The translations under genes were made by a program, and so were the position numbers. Below the pieces are notes generated by a model. The model was not told where the DNA came from, did not search any database, and saw nothing but the letters and a program-made list of their open reading frames with translations. Of a DNA stretch of 47,069 nt, positions 9,127-18,876 are shown in pieces. The stretch spans positions 1 to 47,069 of the forward strand of contig JBFYQP010000037.1 of assembly GCA_041302745.1 (NCBI GenBank), written 5' to 3'. This DNA is from Candidatus Bipolaricaulota bacterium (GTDB lineage: Bacteria > Bipolaricaulota > Bipolaricaulia > UBA7950 > UBA9294). Each line of letters opens with the position of its first letter. Position 1 is the stretch's first letter.

Positions 9127-10779
9127 ATGGCAAGGCGGATCGTAGGCACCTGGTTGGTCCTCGCAGCGGCGATCGCGTCCGCTTCGGTTCTCGCATCCGC
9201 TCGGGCGGACCTGATCGTGTCGAGCTTCGAGGTTAGGCCGCCGGTGCCGTTTCCCGGCACCGTGGCCACCTTGGTGGCGGTCGTCGAGAACGTGGGGGAC
9301 GGCCGCTTTGGCTCCTCGGTCTCCGTCCGGTTCTCGGTGGACGGTGAGGAGATCGCGAGTTCCACGATCGACGGAGGGATGGAGGGGCGTGGCCGGCGCG
9401 AGGTGACGACGTCCTGGACTGCGAAGGAGGGGCCGCACATCCTGACGGTAGACGTCGACCTGCCGTTCAACCGTGTCCCCGAATCGCGGGAGACCAACAA
9501 CTCCGCGTCGATCACGGTCTTCGTGCCGTTTGCCGCCGCGTCCTTGGAGGCCATTCGCGACGTCCGCGTAGCCGTGGCGGAGTTCGTCGACCAAAGCCGC
9601 GCCGGGTTTGTCAACATGGGTGCCGGCGTCGCCGACGAGTTGGCCGATCGGCTCCGCACGTCAGGTCTCATCGTCGTCGAGCGCGGCGAACTCGAGGCCA
9701 TCCTGCAGGAGCGGAGCCTGAGCCCGCTCCTCTTCGAGAACCTGGTCCTTGCGGCCCGCGAGCTTGGCGTCGATCTCGTGATTGCCGGCGCGGTGGATTC
9801 GGTGGGCGTCAAGGACGTCACGCTCAACCTGGGGATCGTCCGATTCTCCAGCGCCGTGGTCGATGTCCGCGCCTCGGCTCAGGTGGTCGACGCGCGGACA
9901 GGGGTCACGGTGTCCTCGGCGTCGGGCGAGGGACGAGAAGAGGGTGCGACGGGCGTCTCCGTCGATCTGTCGGGGTTCCTGGCCCTGGCGAACGCGTACG
10001 ACGTCTGCGGTGGAGGGCTGCGGAGCGACGACACGGTGTACTCGGTGGGAGAGACCGTGCCGATCGGCTACGCGAACGACGGGGACGGCGGTTGGTTCAG
10101 CGTCGAGATCTACACGGCGTCGGATGAGTTCCTCGGCTGGCTCGGATGGCGGTTCATGGGTGCGGGCGAGTGCGGGAAGTGGTTCTGGGATCAGCGGGAT
10201 ACGCTGGGCGCCCAGGTCGGCTCGGGAGTCTACAGCGCCAGGTTGTGGAACGGCACGTCGTACGCCGCCGTCGTGGGTTTCCAGATCCGTCCTGGGGGGA
10301 GCGCCTCCACGCCTCCGGTGGCGGAGATCACCGTCGGGACGGAGGCATTCGACCGCACGATCGCCGGCATGGCCGTGCATCAGGTCGTCGACCAGCTCGC
10401 GGCGTCCGTTCTTTCGGGCGTGGCGAGCAACGTCTCCCGCGCCGCGAACGAAGGGACGCTGTGGGGGGCGGCCTTAGCGACCGGCGGACAGCCGTCGGTG
10501 CTTGCGAGGGTCGGTCAGGTCGCCGCCACGCTCCCCGACGGGCGAGTGGCGATCAACATCGGATCGTCGTCCGGCGTCGCGGTCGGGGACCGGTTCGAGA
10601 TCCTTTCCGTCGAGAACCTTGTCTCCGACCCGCAGAGCCTCGAGATCCTCGGCTTCGATGTGACGGGCAAGAAGGGCGAGATCGAGATCGTGGAAGTGCG
10701 CGATCGCGTCTCTTACGGAGTCCGGACCTCCGACTTCGAGCCGAGCATTGGGGACATCGCCCGCTGGATCGGACCGTAG
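9127..10779 (+). CDS. Secreted multidomain protein: signal peptide, CARDB-like domain, CsgG-like domain with an inserted Ig/FlgD-like module
   Basis: GGAG SD at 9121-9124, followed by MARRIVGTWLVLAAAIASASVLASA (signal peptide). LIVSSFEVRPPVPFPGTVATLVAVVENVG is CARDB-like. VRVAVAEFVDQSRAGFVNMGAGVADELADRLRTSGLIVVERGELEAILQE is the CsgG/LpoB-type pattern. The C-terminal GRVAINIGSSSGVAVGDRFEI...GEIEIVEV fits the same family. Confidence 0.6.
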   Translation: MARRIVGTWLVLAAAIASASVLASARADLIVSSFEVRPPVPFPGTVATLVAVVENVGDGRFGSSVSVRFSVDGEEIASSTIDGGMEGRGRREVTTSWTAKEGPHILTVDVDLPFNRVPESRETNNSASITVFVPFAAASLEAIRDVRVAVAEFVDQSRAGFVNMGAGVADELADRLRTSGLIVVERGELEAILQERSLSPLLFENLVLAARELGVDLVIAGAVDSVGVKDVTLNLGIVRFSSAVVDVRASAQVVDARTGVTVSSASGEGREEGATGVSVDLSGFLALANAYDVCGGGLRSDDTVYSVGETVPIGYANDGDGGWFSVEIYTASDEFLGWLGWRFMGAGECGKWFWDQRDTLGAQVGSGVYSARLWNGTSYAAVVGFQIRPGGSASTPPVAEITVGTEAFDRTIAGMAVHQVVDQLAASVLSGVASNVSRAANEGTLWGAALATGGQPSVLARVGQVAATLPDGRVAINIGSSSGVAVGDRFEILSVENLVSDPQSLEILGFDVTGKKGEIEIVEVRDRVSYGVRTSDFEPSIGDIARWIGP

Positions 10780-10819
10780 ATCGCGCGGCCGGCACGCTTT
10801 CGGATAGACTTCGGACACC

Positions 10820-11293
10820 ATGGTGCGGTTCGGTGTGCGTGCGCTTCGTTGCCTTGTCGTGGGGGTCGTCCTCGTGGCGGCGACCACGACGGTTGCTCTG
10901 AGCGCGTCGTTTCGATCGATCGGCGTGCGATTCGTTATCCCGCTCGGGGACGTTCCGTTTCTCCTCGGCCTGGAGGCGGCGGCCGACGTCTCGTTCGGGG
11001 TCGCCTCGGCGACGTTCTTCCTCTCCGCGCGGGGGGAAACAGTGATCGCGATCTCGGGTGACGTCCGCCTGTCGAACGATCCCGATGCCGCGGAGATCTT
11101 CCTTCGGTTTTCGACGGGGATCTCGTACTTCGACCCCGCGCAGTCGTACCCCGCTCCGTTTCTTGGGGTCGGCTTTTCATGGGACGCCCGGCTGACCCCG
11201 GCGATCTCGGCTTCCGTTGCGGGCGAGTTCCTCTATCCGCTGTCGTTCCCGATGCCGCTCATGACCGTCGCCGGAAGGTGGTCTCCCGGATGA
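10820..11293 (+). CDS. Hypothetical small exported protein (beta-rich)
   Basis: N-terminal hydrophobic signal-like segment (LVVGVVLVAATTTVALSA) and alternating hydrophobic pattern. Its stop overlaps the glmM ATG (ATGA). No family recognised. Confidence 0.45.
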   Translation: MVRFGVRALRCLVVGVVLVAATTTVALSASFRSIGVRFVIPLGDVPFLLGLEAAADVSFGVASATFFLSARGETVIAISGDVRLSNDPDAAEIFLRFSTGISYFDPAQSYPAPFLGVGFSWDARLTPAISASVAGEFLYPLSFPMPLMTVAGRWSPG

Positions 11294-12636
11294 CGTCTCT
11301 GTTCGGAACCGACGGGGTCCGAGGCGAAGCAAATCGCCTTCTGACCCCCGAGCTTGCTGTGTCCCTCGCGCGGGCGGCGGCGGCTCGCCTCGTGCCGAAC
11401 GGAGGCCGCGTCATCATCGGACGAGACTCTCGGACGAGCGGGCCGATGCTCGAAGCCGCGCTCGCGGCGGGCTTCGCCTCAGCGGGCGTCGACGTGGGTC
11501 TGGCCGGGATCATCCCGACGCCCGCCATCTCGTTCCTCATCAAGGACGAGCGAGCGGATCTCGGCGCCGTGATCTCCGCCTCGCACAACCCTCCCGAGGA
11601 CAACGGGATCAAGTTCTTCGATCGGTCGGGGCGCAAGCTTGCGGCGGATCAAGAGGTGGAAATCGAGGCCGCTCTTCCAGGCCCGTTCGTCCCGGCGCCG
11701 CGCGCCGCGACGATCCGGCGACTCGAGGCGGCGGCCACACGGTATGCGGCGTTTCTGACGGGGGCCATCGAGAGCGAGGACGTCGACCTGTCCGGCCTCT
11801 CCATCGTGATGGACTGCGCGTTCGGGGCCACAGGGCCGATCGCCCCTCACGTCTTGCGTCACTTGGGCGCTCGCGTCGTCGAACTGAACACGGCGACCGA
11901 CGGCGATCGAATCAACGTGGGGTGCGGCTCGACCCACCTGGAGACCGTGCGTGCCGCCGTGGCGGAGCACCACGCCGATCTCGGGCTTGCGTTCGACGGG
12001 GATGGAGATCGCGTCCTTCTCGTCTCGGCGGGCGGGCAGACGATCGACGGCGACCAGGTCATCGGAATCGTCGCCCAGCACTGGCTCGAGCGCGGCCTCC
12101 TCACTCCGCGCGTCGTCGTGACCACCGTTCTCTCCAACTTCGGACTCGAGAAAGCGCTCACCCAGCAAGGTGTGGAGGTCGTCCGCACGCCGGTCGGGGA
12201 TCGCAACGTCGCCCAGGCGATGATTGCGCGCGGCGCGAAGATCGGCGGAGAGCCCTCCGGACACGTGATTTTCGCCGATCACGCCCCCACAGGCGACGGG
12301 ATTCTCACGGCCGTGAAGCTCCTCGAGATCGCCCACGAGGCGAAGACCGACCTCGAGACCCTGGCGCACCGCATACCCCTCTACCCCCAGGCGTCGCAGA
12401 ACGTCCCGTGTCGATGTCCGGAGGAGCTCGCCGGGCGCAAGGCGGTGGCCGGCCTGGTTGCGAAGGCCGAGAAGGGGCTCGGAGGGCGAGGCCGCGTGAT
12501 CGTTCGCGCGTCAGGGACCCAGCCGCTTCTGCGGATTCTCGTTGAGGCCGACAGCCAGTCGCTGTGCGATCGGACGTGCGCGGAACTCGCGACGGGACTC
12601 GAGCGCGAGATCGGCCGAGCCTCGCCGGCCGCCTGA
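11290..12636 (+). CDS. glmM: Phosphoglucosamine mutase
   Basis: MTSLFGTDGVRGEAN and the phosphoserine loop ISASHNPPEDNGIKF. 448 aa from the ATG at 11290. Confidence 0.9.
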   Translation: MTSLFGTDGVRGEANRLLTPELAVSLARAAAARLVPNGGRVIIGRDSRTSGPMLEAALAAGFASAGVDVGLAGIIPTPAISFLIKDERADLGAVISASHNPPEDNGIKFFDRSGRKLAADQEVEIEAALPGPFVPAPRAATIRRLEAAATRYAAFLTGAIESEDVDLSGLSIVMDCAFGATGPIAPHVLRHLGARVVELNTATDGDRINVGCGSTHLETVRAAVAEHHADLGLAFDGDGDRVLLVSAGGQTIDGDQVIGIVAQHWLERGLLTPRVVVTTVLSNFGLEKALTQQGVEVVRTPVGDRNVAQAMIARGAKIGGEPSGHVIFADHAPTGDGILTAVKLLEIAHEAKTDLETLAHRIPLYPQASQNVPCRCPEELAGRKAVAGLVAKAEKGLGGRGRVIVRASGTQPLLRILVEADSQSLCDRTCAELATGLEREIGRASPAA

Positions 12637-12644
12637 CGCGCGGC

Positions 12645-14099
12645 CTAGGCCGGGTCTGCCTCGAACGGGAACGTGAACACCGGGTTTCGAGCCGCCGCCG
12701 TCTGATCGAGCCGCCGCACCGGGGCTCGCGTCGGGGCCTCGTGCAAGAGCTCCGGATGCTCGCGCGCCTCGGCGGCGATCCGCTCCAGGATCTCCGCGAA
12801 CCGATCGAGAGTCTCCTTCGATTCGGTCTCCGTCGGCTCGATCATCAGGGCCTCGTGGACGATGAGCGGGAAGTAGACGGTCGGCGGGTGAATCCCGTAG
12901 TCGATCAGCCGCTTGGCGACGTCCAGCGTCGTCACGCCCTTTGCCAGCCCTTCCGAGCTCAGCACGAATTCGTGCTTGCAGAGGCGATCGTAGGGGAGCA
13001 CATAGGTTCGCTTGAGGCGCTCCTGGAGGTAGTTGGCGTTCAGGACGGCGTTGTCGCTGACGGCCCGCAATCCCTCGTCGCCGAGCTGCAGGATGTAGGT
13101 GTAGGCCTTGATGGCGACCAGGACGTTGCCGAAGAACGAATGGACGCTTCCGATGGACCCCGGGCAATCCCAGTCCAGGGCGTATCGATCGCGGCGCTTC
13201 ACGACGCGCGGAACCGGGAGGAAGTCGACCAAGGGCTCGGAGACCGCCACGGCGCCGGCTCCGGGGCCGCCTCCGCCATGCGGCGTCGACAAGGTCTTAT
13301 GAAGGTTGAAGTGGAAGACGTCGGCGCCCATGTCGCCCGGGCGGGCCCTGCCGATGAACGAGTTCAGGTTCGCGCCGTCGAAGTAGCAGAGGCCTCCGGC
13401 CTCGTGGACCGCCCGCGTGACCTCGAGGATGTTCTCCTCGAAGATCCCGAGCGTATTCGGGACGGTCAGCATGATCCCCGCCACGGTGTCGTCGAGCTGG
13501 GCGCGCAGGGCATCGAGGTCGACGGTGCCGCGGGCGTTCGATGGGATCTCCGTCACGGAGAAGCCGGCGACCGCGGCCGATGCGGGGTTCGTCCCGTGCG
13601 CCGAGTCGGGGAGAAGAACGCGCGTCCGTCGGCTTTCGCCGCGGGACTCGAAGTACTTGCGGAAGAGGAACATGCCGGTGAGCTCGCCGTGAGCGCCGGC
13701 GACCGGTTGGAGCGTGACGGCCGGGAGGCCTGCCACGCCCTGGAGGAGACGGGTGAGCTCGTACAGGAGCTCGAGGGAGCCTTGGACGTAGCGCTCGTCG
13801 GCGGCGGGATGAGCGTCGGCGAACCCCGGAAGGGCCGCCGTGTCCTCGTTCACCTTCGGGTTGTACTTCATCGTGCAGCTGCCGAGCGGGTAGATCCCGT
13901 CGTCGACGCCGTAGTTCAGCTTGCAGAGCCGCGTGTAGTGCCGGACGACCGTGGTTTCGCTCGTGTCGGGGATCCGAGGCGGCTTTGACCTGACCAGGTC
14001 CGCGCCAAGCCACGCGGCGGCGCCCTTCGCCGGGACGTCGCACGCGGGGAAGATCCCGTCGGCGGCCTCGGCGGCGCCTCGCTCGAAGATCGTTCTCAT
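12645..14099 (-). CDS. gcvPB: Glycine dehydrogenase (decarboxylating) subunit 2
   Basis: MRTIFERG...LGSCTMKYNPK and the PLP-lysine region FHFNLHKTLSTPHGGGGPG. The start overlaps the gcvPA stop (ATGA). The 735-aa track ORF is an out-of-gene extension. Confidence 0.9.
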   Translation of the reverse strand: MRTIFERGAAEAADGIFPACDVPAKGAAAWLGADLVRSKPPRIPDTSETTVVRHYTRLCKLNYGVDDGIYPLGSCTMKYNPKVNEDTAALPGFADAHPAADERYVQGSLELLYELTRLLQGVAGLPAVTLQPVAGAHGELTGMFLFRKYFESRGESRRTRVLLPDSAHGTNPASAAVAGFSVTEIPSNARGTVDLDALRAQLDDTVAGIMLTVPNTLGIFEENILEVTRAVHEAGGLCYFDGANLNSFIGRARPGDMGADVFHFNLHKTLSTPHGGGGPGAGAVAVSEPLVDFLPVPRVVKRRDRYALDWDCPGSIGSVHSFFGNVLVAIKAYTYILQLGDEGLRAVSDNAVLNANYLQERLKRTYVLPYDRLCKHEFVLSSEGLAKGVTTLDVAKRLIDYGIHPPTVYFPLIVHEALMIEPTETESKETLDRFAEILERIAAEAREHPELLHEAPTRAPVRRLDQTAAARNPVFTFPFEADPA

Positions 14100-15421
14100 C
14101 GCTTGCCTCCCAGGATGTCGACCACGCGGTCCAGTTCGGCTTGAGTGCGCCGTTCCGTCACCGCCAGGCGGAGCGCGTTCGGCACGCCGAGATCGGCCAT
14201 CGCCCGCGGCGACTCCACCAGGAACCCGCCAGCCTCGAGCCGTTCGCGGACGGCGTCGGCGTTCCCGCCGGACGGGCGGACGACGAACTCGTTGAAGAAC
14301 GGGCCGTCGAAGACGAGCGAGTAGCCCTTGAGTTTCGCGATCCTCGCCGCCAGGTAGTGGGCCTTCTCGAGGTTCAAGAGAGCGACCTGACGAAGGCCGC
14401 CGGCCCCGATGCTCGCGAGGTAGACGGTCGCCGTCAACGCGCAGTGGGCGGAGTTCGTGCAGATGTTGGACGTCGCCTTTTCGCGGCGGATGTGCTGCTC
14501 GCGCGTCTGAGCCGTCATCGTGTACCCGATGCGTCCGTCGGCGTCCACCGTGCGGCCGGCCACCCGCCCCGGGAGCTGCCGCAGGTGTTCCTTCCTGGTC
14601 GCGAAGAGGCCGAGGAGAGGTCCCCCATACCCCATGGGGAGGCCGAGACACTGCCCCTCGCCGACGACGATGTCCACGCCGAACGTTCCCGGCGGCTCCA
14701 GGATGCCCAGGGCAAGCGGGTACGTGACCGCGATGAGGAGCGCGTCGCCGAGGCGGGCCTTGAGTCCGTTCAGGGGTTCGAGGATGCCGAAGGCGTTCGG
14801 AGATTGGACGACGAAAGCGGAGATGTTCTCGGGAAGCCGAGCAAGGTCGCATCGACCCGTCGGAGTGAAGGGCACTTCGACCAGCTCGATTCCGGCCGCC
14901 CAGGCATAGGTGTCGACGACCCGCCGATCGTGGGAAAAGAGGTTGGCCGCTACCGCAACCCTGCCGCGCTTCCGGATGCGCTCGGCCATGAGAACCGCCT
15001 CGGCGAGCGCGGTAGCGCCGTCGTACATGGACGCGTTCGCGATCTCCATTCCCGTGAGTTCGGAGATCATCGTCTGGAATTCGAACATCACCGTGAGCGT
15101 TCCCTGACTGATCTCCGGCTGGTACGGCGTGTAGGCCGTGTAGAACTCGGAGCGGGACGCGACGTGGTGCACGGCGCGCGGGATGTAGTGGTCGTAGACG
15201 CCGCCGCCCACAAGCGGCACGCGCCCGGGAGCCTCGTTCGCCTCCGCGAGCCTCGCCAGCTCGCCGTACACCTCAAGCTCGCTTTGGGAGGGAAGGTCGA
15301 GCGGGCGATAGGCGTCGATTACGGACTGCGGGATGTCGGCGAACAGCTCATCGATCGACGACCGCCCGATGTCCCGCAACATCGCGCGACGATCTGCGTC
15401 AGCGTTCGGGATGTAGCGCAT
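14096..15421 (-). CDS. gcvPA: Glycine dehydrogenase (decarboxylating) subunit 1
   Basis: MRYIPNADADRRAMLRDIG...FYTAYTPYQPEISQGTL is typical of P-protein subunit 1. 441 aa. Confidence 0.9.
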   Translation of the reverse strand: MRYIPNADADRRAMLRDIGRSSIDELFADIPQSVIDAYRPLDLPSQSELEVYGELARLAEANEAPGRVPLVGGGVYDHYIPRAVHHVASRSEFYTAYTPYQPEISQGTLTVMFEFQTMISELTGMEIANASMYDGATALAEAVLMAERIRKRGRVAVAANLFSHDRRVVDTYAWAAGIELVEVPFTPTGRCDLARLPENISAFVVQSPNAFGILEPLNGLKARLGDALLIAVTYPLALGILEPPGTFGVDIVVGEGQCLGLPMGYGGPLLGLFATRKEHLRQLPGRVAGRTVDADGRIGYTMTAQTREQHIRREKATSNICTNSAHCALTATVYLASIGAGGLRQVALLNLEKAHYLAARIAKLKGYSLVFDGPFFNEFVVRPSGGNADAVRERLEAGGFLVESPRAMADLGVPNALRLAVTERRTQAELDRVVDILGGKR

Positions 15422-15434
15422 AGGACGTCGCTCT

Positions 15435-15812
15435 TCAGGCGATGAGCGCTTCGTAGGCCGCCGCGTCGAGGAGGCTCCCCGTCTCGGAGGGGTTCGCGAG
15501 CTGAATCACGGCGATCCAGCCGGCTTCGTGAGGCGACTGGTTCACCGTTTCGGGAGACTGCTCGAGGTCCCGGTTCACCTCGACGACCTTCCCGCTCACG
15601 GGGGCGTAGACGTCGCTTACGGCCTTGACGGACTCGACGGTGCCGAGGAGCCCGCCTTGCTTGACGTCGGCGCCGACCGTGGGGAGCTCGACGAACACAA
15701 CATCACCGAGCTCGGCCTGGGCGTGATCGGTGATCCCGACGCGGGCACGGTTTCCCTCGATCTTCACCCACTCGTGCTCCTTGGTGTAGCGGTACGCCGT
15801 TGAATACGCCAT
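15435..15812 (-). CDS. gcvH: Glycine cleavage system H protein
   Basis: 125 aa. YTKEHEWV and the lipoyl-lysine motif VESVKAVSD. GAGGAGG SD upstream. Confidence 0.9.
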   Translation of the reverse strand: MAYSTAYRYTKEHEWVKIEGNRARVGITDHAQAELGDVVFVELPTVGADVKQGGLLGTVESVKAVSDVYAPVSGKVVEVNRDLEQSPETVNQSPHEAGWIAVIQLANPSETGSLLDAAAYEALIA

Positions 15813-15884
15813 GTCTCCTCCTCATCCGCTCTCGATCGCGGCTCGCCGGGAATTATACGAGGCGTGAGACCGAGCGACCACCGC

Positions 15885-17291
15885 TCAGAACGGGGCGGCG
15901 CCGCCCTCGCCCCCCGTCATGGGGTAGAAGCTCGCGTACGCCTTATTGAAGTAGACCCTGACGGTGCCCGGGGGGCCGTGGCGCTGCTTGGACACGATGA
16001 TCTCGGCTTCCGAACCCGCTCCCTGGCCCGACGTCTCCGCGGTCTCCGACGGCTGGGCGTAGTAGTCCTCCCGGTAGATGAACATGACGACGTCGGCGTC
16101 CTGCTCGAGGGCGCCGCTCTCGCGGAGGTCCGACAGAACGGGGCGTTTGGACTCGCGCCGCTCTACGGCACGGGAGAGCTGGGAGACGGCGACGACGGGG
16201 ACGTTGAGCTCCCTCGCCAGCTTCTTGAGAGAGCGGGAGATGTAGGCGATCTCCTGCTCGCGCACGTCGGTCCGGATTCCGGCATCGACGAGCTGCAAGT
16301 AGTCGACAATGATCATGTCCAACCCGTGCTGAGTCGCCATTCGCCTGGCTTTGGCCCGAATCTCCAGCACGGAGACGCCCGGCGTGTCGTCGATGACGAT
16401 CGTCGACTTCTGGAACTTGCTGGCCGCGTTCGCGATGTCACGCCACTTGGGGGCCGGCACGTACCCGCCGCGCAGTCGGTGCAGGCTGACCTTCGCCTCG
16501 CCGCAGAGGAGCCGCTCCAGGAGCTGCTCTTTCGTCATCTCGAGCGAGAAGATGCCCACCGCGGCCTTGTCGCGAACGGCGGCATGGCGGGCGAGGCTGA
16601 GCGCAAGGCTCGTCTTCCCGGTGCCCGGCCGGCCGGCCACGATGACCAAGTCGGAGCGCTGCATCCCGGACGTAAGCTCGTCGAGCTCCTTGAAGCCCGT
16701 CGAGAAGCCGCGGATCGTCTGGTGATCCGGGTCGCGGTGGATCTCCTCCAGCGAGCCGATGTGCTCGTAGAGGAAGTCGTTGACCAGGAAGTACGGACGG
16801 TCAAGGCTGCTCTCCGTGATCTTGAAGATCAGGGATTCTGCGTGGTCGAGGATCTCGTCCGCCTCGCTGACTTCGTCATACCCGAGCTCGGAGATCTCTC
16901 CGCCGGCTTGGATGAGGGCTCGGAGAACCGCCTTTCGGCGGACGATGTCCGTGTAGTACGCGAGCGATGCGGTTGTGACGCTCCGGTTCTGGAGGTCATT
17001 GAGGTACACACGCCCGCCGGCGCGCTCCATGTCCCCCCGCTCGTCGAGGCGGTTCGCGACGGCGATGATGTCCGCCGGCTCCCCGCGAGAGAAGAGCTCG
17101 CGGATCGTCCGGAACAGCACGCGATGGCGCTGCACGTAGAAGTGCTCCGGGGTCAGCCGCTCGATCAGGATCGGGACGCTTCCGTCCGGATCGAGGAGGG
17201 CGGCTCCCAGCACTTGCTGCTCCGCCTCCACGTTCTTCGGAAGCTCGCGGATGCCTTCGCTCGGGGTCGATGGAACGTCGGGTTGTTTCAT
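15885..17291 (-). CDS. dnaB: Replicative DNA helicase DnaB
   Basis: From M37 of the track ORF: MKQPDV...PKNVEAEQQVLGAALLD and Walker A GRPGTGKTS, about 468 aa. The longer ORF would run through the rpsB promoter. Confidence 0.9.
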   Translation of the reverse strand: MKQPDVPSTPSEGIRELPKNVEAEQQVLGAALLDPDGSVPILIERLTPEHFYVQRHRVLFRTIRELFSRGEPADIIAVANRLDERGDMERAGGRVYLNDLQNRSVTTASLAYYTDIVRRKAVLRALIQAGGEISELGYDEVSEADEILDHAESLIFKITESSLDRPYFLVNDFLYEHIGSLEEIHRDPDHQTIRGFSTGFKELDELTSGMQRSDLVIVAGRPGTGKTSLALSLARHAAVRDKAAVGIFSLEMTKEQLLERLLCGEAKVSLHRLRGGYVPAPKWRDIANAASKFQKSTIVIDDTPGVSVLEIRAKARRMATQHGLDMIIVDYLQLVDAGIRTDVREQEIAYISRSLKKLARELNVPVVAVSQLSRAVERRESKRPVLSDLRESGALEQDADVVMFIYREDYYAQPSETAETSGQGAGSEAEIIVSKQRHGPPGTVRVYFNKAYASFYPMTGGEGGAAPF

Positions 17292-17306
17292 GACGGGACG
17301 ACGGGC

Positions 17307-17336
17307 ATTATAGACCGTCCCACCGGCGCGACCCAA
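17307..17336 (-). promoter_or_regulatory. Candidate dnaB promoter (TTGGGT-N18-TATAAT, minus strand)
   Basis: Plus-strand ATTATA at 17307-17312 and ACCCAA at 17331-17336. The -10 box ends 15 nt before the ATG and there is no SD. Confidence 0.4.
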
Positions 17337-17387
17337 CCGCAGCCCGATCGTGGGACCTGGATCGGCCTCTTCCCTGCAACGCATGGA

Positions 17388-17416
17388 TTGAAGGGGCATT
17401 GAGGGTTGGCTATACT
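17388..17416 (+). promoter_or_regulatory. Candidate rpsB promoter (TTGAAG-N17-TATACT)
   Basis: TTGAAG at 17388-17393 and TATACT at 17411-17416. GGAGG SD at 17441-17445. Confidence 0.45.
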
Positions 17417-17450
17417 CGCGCGAAATGACTTCAGAACCTTGGAGGGTGAT

Positions 17451-18269
17451 GTGGAAGTTCTAACGATGAAGGAGCTGCTCGAGACGGGCGTCCATTTCGG
17501 ACATCGTACGCGAAAGTGGAATCCGAAGATGGGTCGGTACATCTTCACCGAGCGCAAGGGAATCCACATCATCGACCTCGAGCAGACCGTCGACATGTTC
17601 CGCAAGGCCTACTACTTCGTGCGCGACCGCGTCGCCGGGGGTGGCGAGGTCCTGTTCGTGGGCACGAAGAAGCAGGTTCAAGGAACGATCGCCGAAGAGG
17701 CCCTGCGATGCGGTGCGCACTTTGTGAACCGCCGCTGGCTCGGAGGCACGCTCACGAACTTCCCGACGATCAAGCTCTCCATCGAGTGGATGAAGAAGCT
17801 CGAGACGATGGTCGAGGACGGAACCGTCGAGCACATGCCGAACAAGGAAGCGAGCCGGCTGCGCCGCGAGCTCTCCAAGCTCCAGAGGAACCTCGACGGG
17901 CTGCGCCACATGGAGCGTAGGCCCGATGTTCTTTACATCATCGATCCTGACGTCGAGCTGAATGCCGTCCGCGAGGCGAACATCCTGAAGATCCCCGTGA
18001 TCGCCATCGTGGACACGAACTGCAACCCCGATCCCATCGACTTCCTGATCCCTGGGAACGACGATGCGATCAAGGCGACCAAGCTCATCACCGCGCGGAT
18101 CGCCGACGCCGTGCTCGAGGGACGCGAGGGGCGGCAGGACGCTCCGGAAGCCGCAAAGGCGCCCGCCGCGGTGTCGGCGAACACCGAGGCCCCGGCTGCG
18201 GAAGAAGACACCGCCGTCGAGAAGCTTGCGGCCGCGGTGGGAGTCGAGACTGAGGAAGAGAGCGCTTAG
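17451..18269 (+). CDS. rpsB: 30S ribosomal protein S2
   Basis: [30 protein letters not shown] at 17451 lies 5 nt after GGAGG; the alternative start is ATG 17466. Acidic/Ala-rich C-terminal tail. Confidence 0.9.
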   Translation: MEVLTMKELLETGVHFGHRTRKWNPKMGRYIFTERKGIHIIDLEQTVDMFRKAYYFVRDRVAGGGEVLFVGTKKQVQGTIAEEALRCGAHFVNRRWLGGTLTNFPTIKLSIEWMKKLETMVEDGTVEHMPNKEASRLRRELSKLQRNLDGLRHMERRPDVLYIIDPDVELNAVREANILKIPVIAIVDTNCNPDPIDFLIPGNDDAIKATKLITARIADAVLEGREGRQDAPEAAKAPAAVSANTEAPAAEEDTAVEKLAAAVGVETEEESA

Positions 18270-18273
18270 GACC

Positions 18274-18876
18274 ATGACCACCATTCGAAGCGAAGACGTC
18301 AAGAAGCTCCGCGCCGAGACCGGCGTGGGGATGATGGACTGCAAGAAGGCCCTCCAGGAAGCGAACGGCGATTTCGCCCGGGCGCGGCAGATCCTGCGCG
18401 AGCAAGGGCTGGAGCTCATGGGGCAGCAGGGGCGCGAGGCGAGCGAAGGCCGCGTTGAGTGCTACTCGCACCACAGCGCGAAGATCGGCGCCATGGTGGA
18501 GATCGCCTGCAACACCGACTTCGCCGCGAAGAGCGCCGACTTCGTTCAGTTCTCGAAGGATCTCGCGCTGCACATCGCGGCGGCGAAGCCGCGCTACATC
18601 GCCCCGGAGAACGTTCCGGCCGCCGATCTCGACCAGGAGCGCGAGGTCTACCGCAAGCAGCTTGAGAAGGAAGGGAAGCCGGCGCACATCATCGAGAAGG
18701 CGGTCGAGGGGCGGCTGAACCGCTTCTACGAGGAGAACTGCCTTCTGAAGCAGGCGTTTGCGAAGGACCCCACGGTCCGAGTCGAGGACCTGCTCGCGGA
18801 TCTCCGCACGAAGACCGGCGAGAACATCCTCATCAAGCGGTTTTCTCGCTACGAAGTGGGGGCCGGCGGAGCATGA
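18274..18876 (+). CDS. tsf: Elongation factor Ts (short, about 200-aa form)
   Basis: MTTIRSEDVKKLRAETGVGMMDCKKALQEANGDFARA (UBA-like N-domain). The ATG at 18274 follows the rpsB stop. Confidence 0.9.
   Translation: MTTIRSEDVKKLRAETGVGMMDCKKALQEANGDFARARQILREQGLELMGQQGREASEGRVECYSHHSAKIGAMVEIACNTDFAAKSADFVQFSKDLALHIAAAKPRYIAPENVPAADLDQEREVYRKQLEKEGKPAHIIEKAVEGRLNRFYEENCLLKQAFAKDPTVRVEDLLADLRTKTGENILIKRFSRYEVGAGGA

Noticed and set aside
12645-15812. Missing gcvT upstream of gcvH, and missing frr after pyrH (19569-19682)
   Set aside because: These genes are probably encoded elsewhere in the genome. Absence from a window is not evidence of loss.
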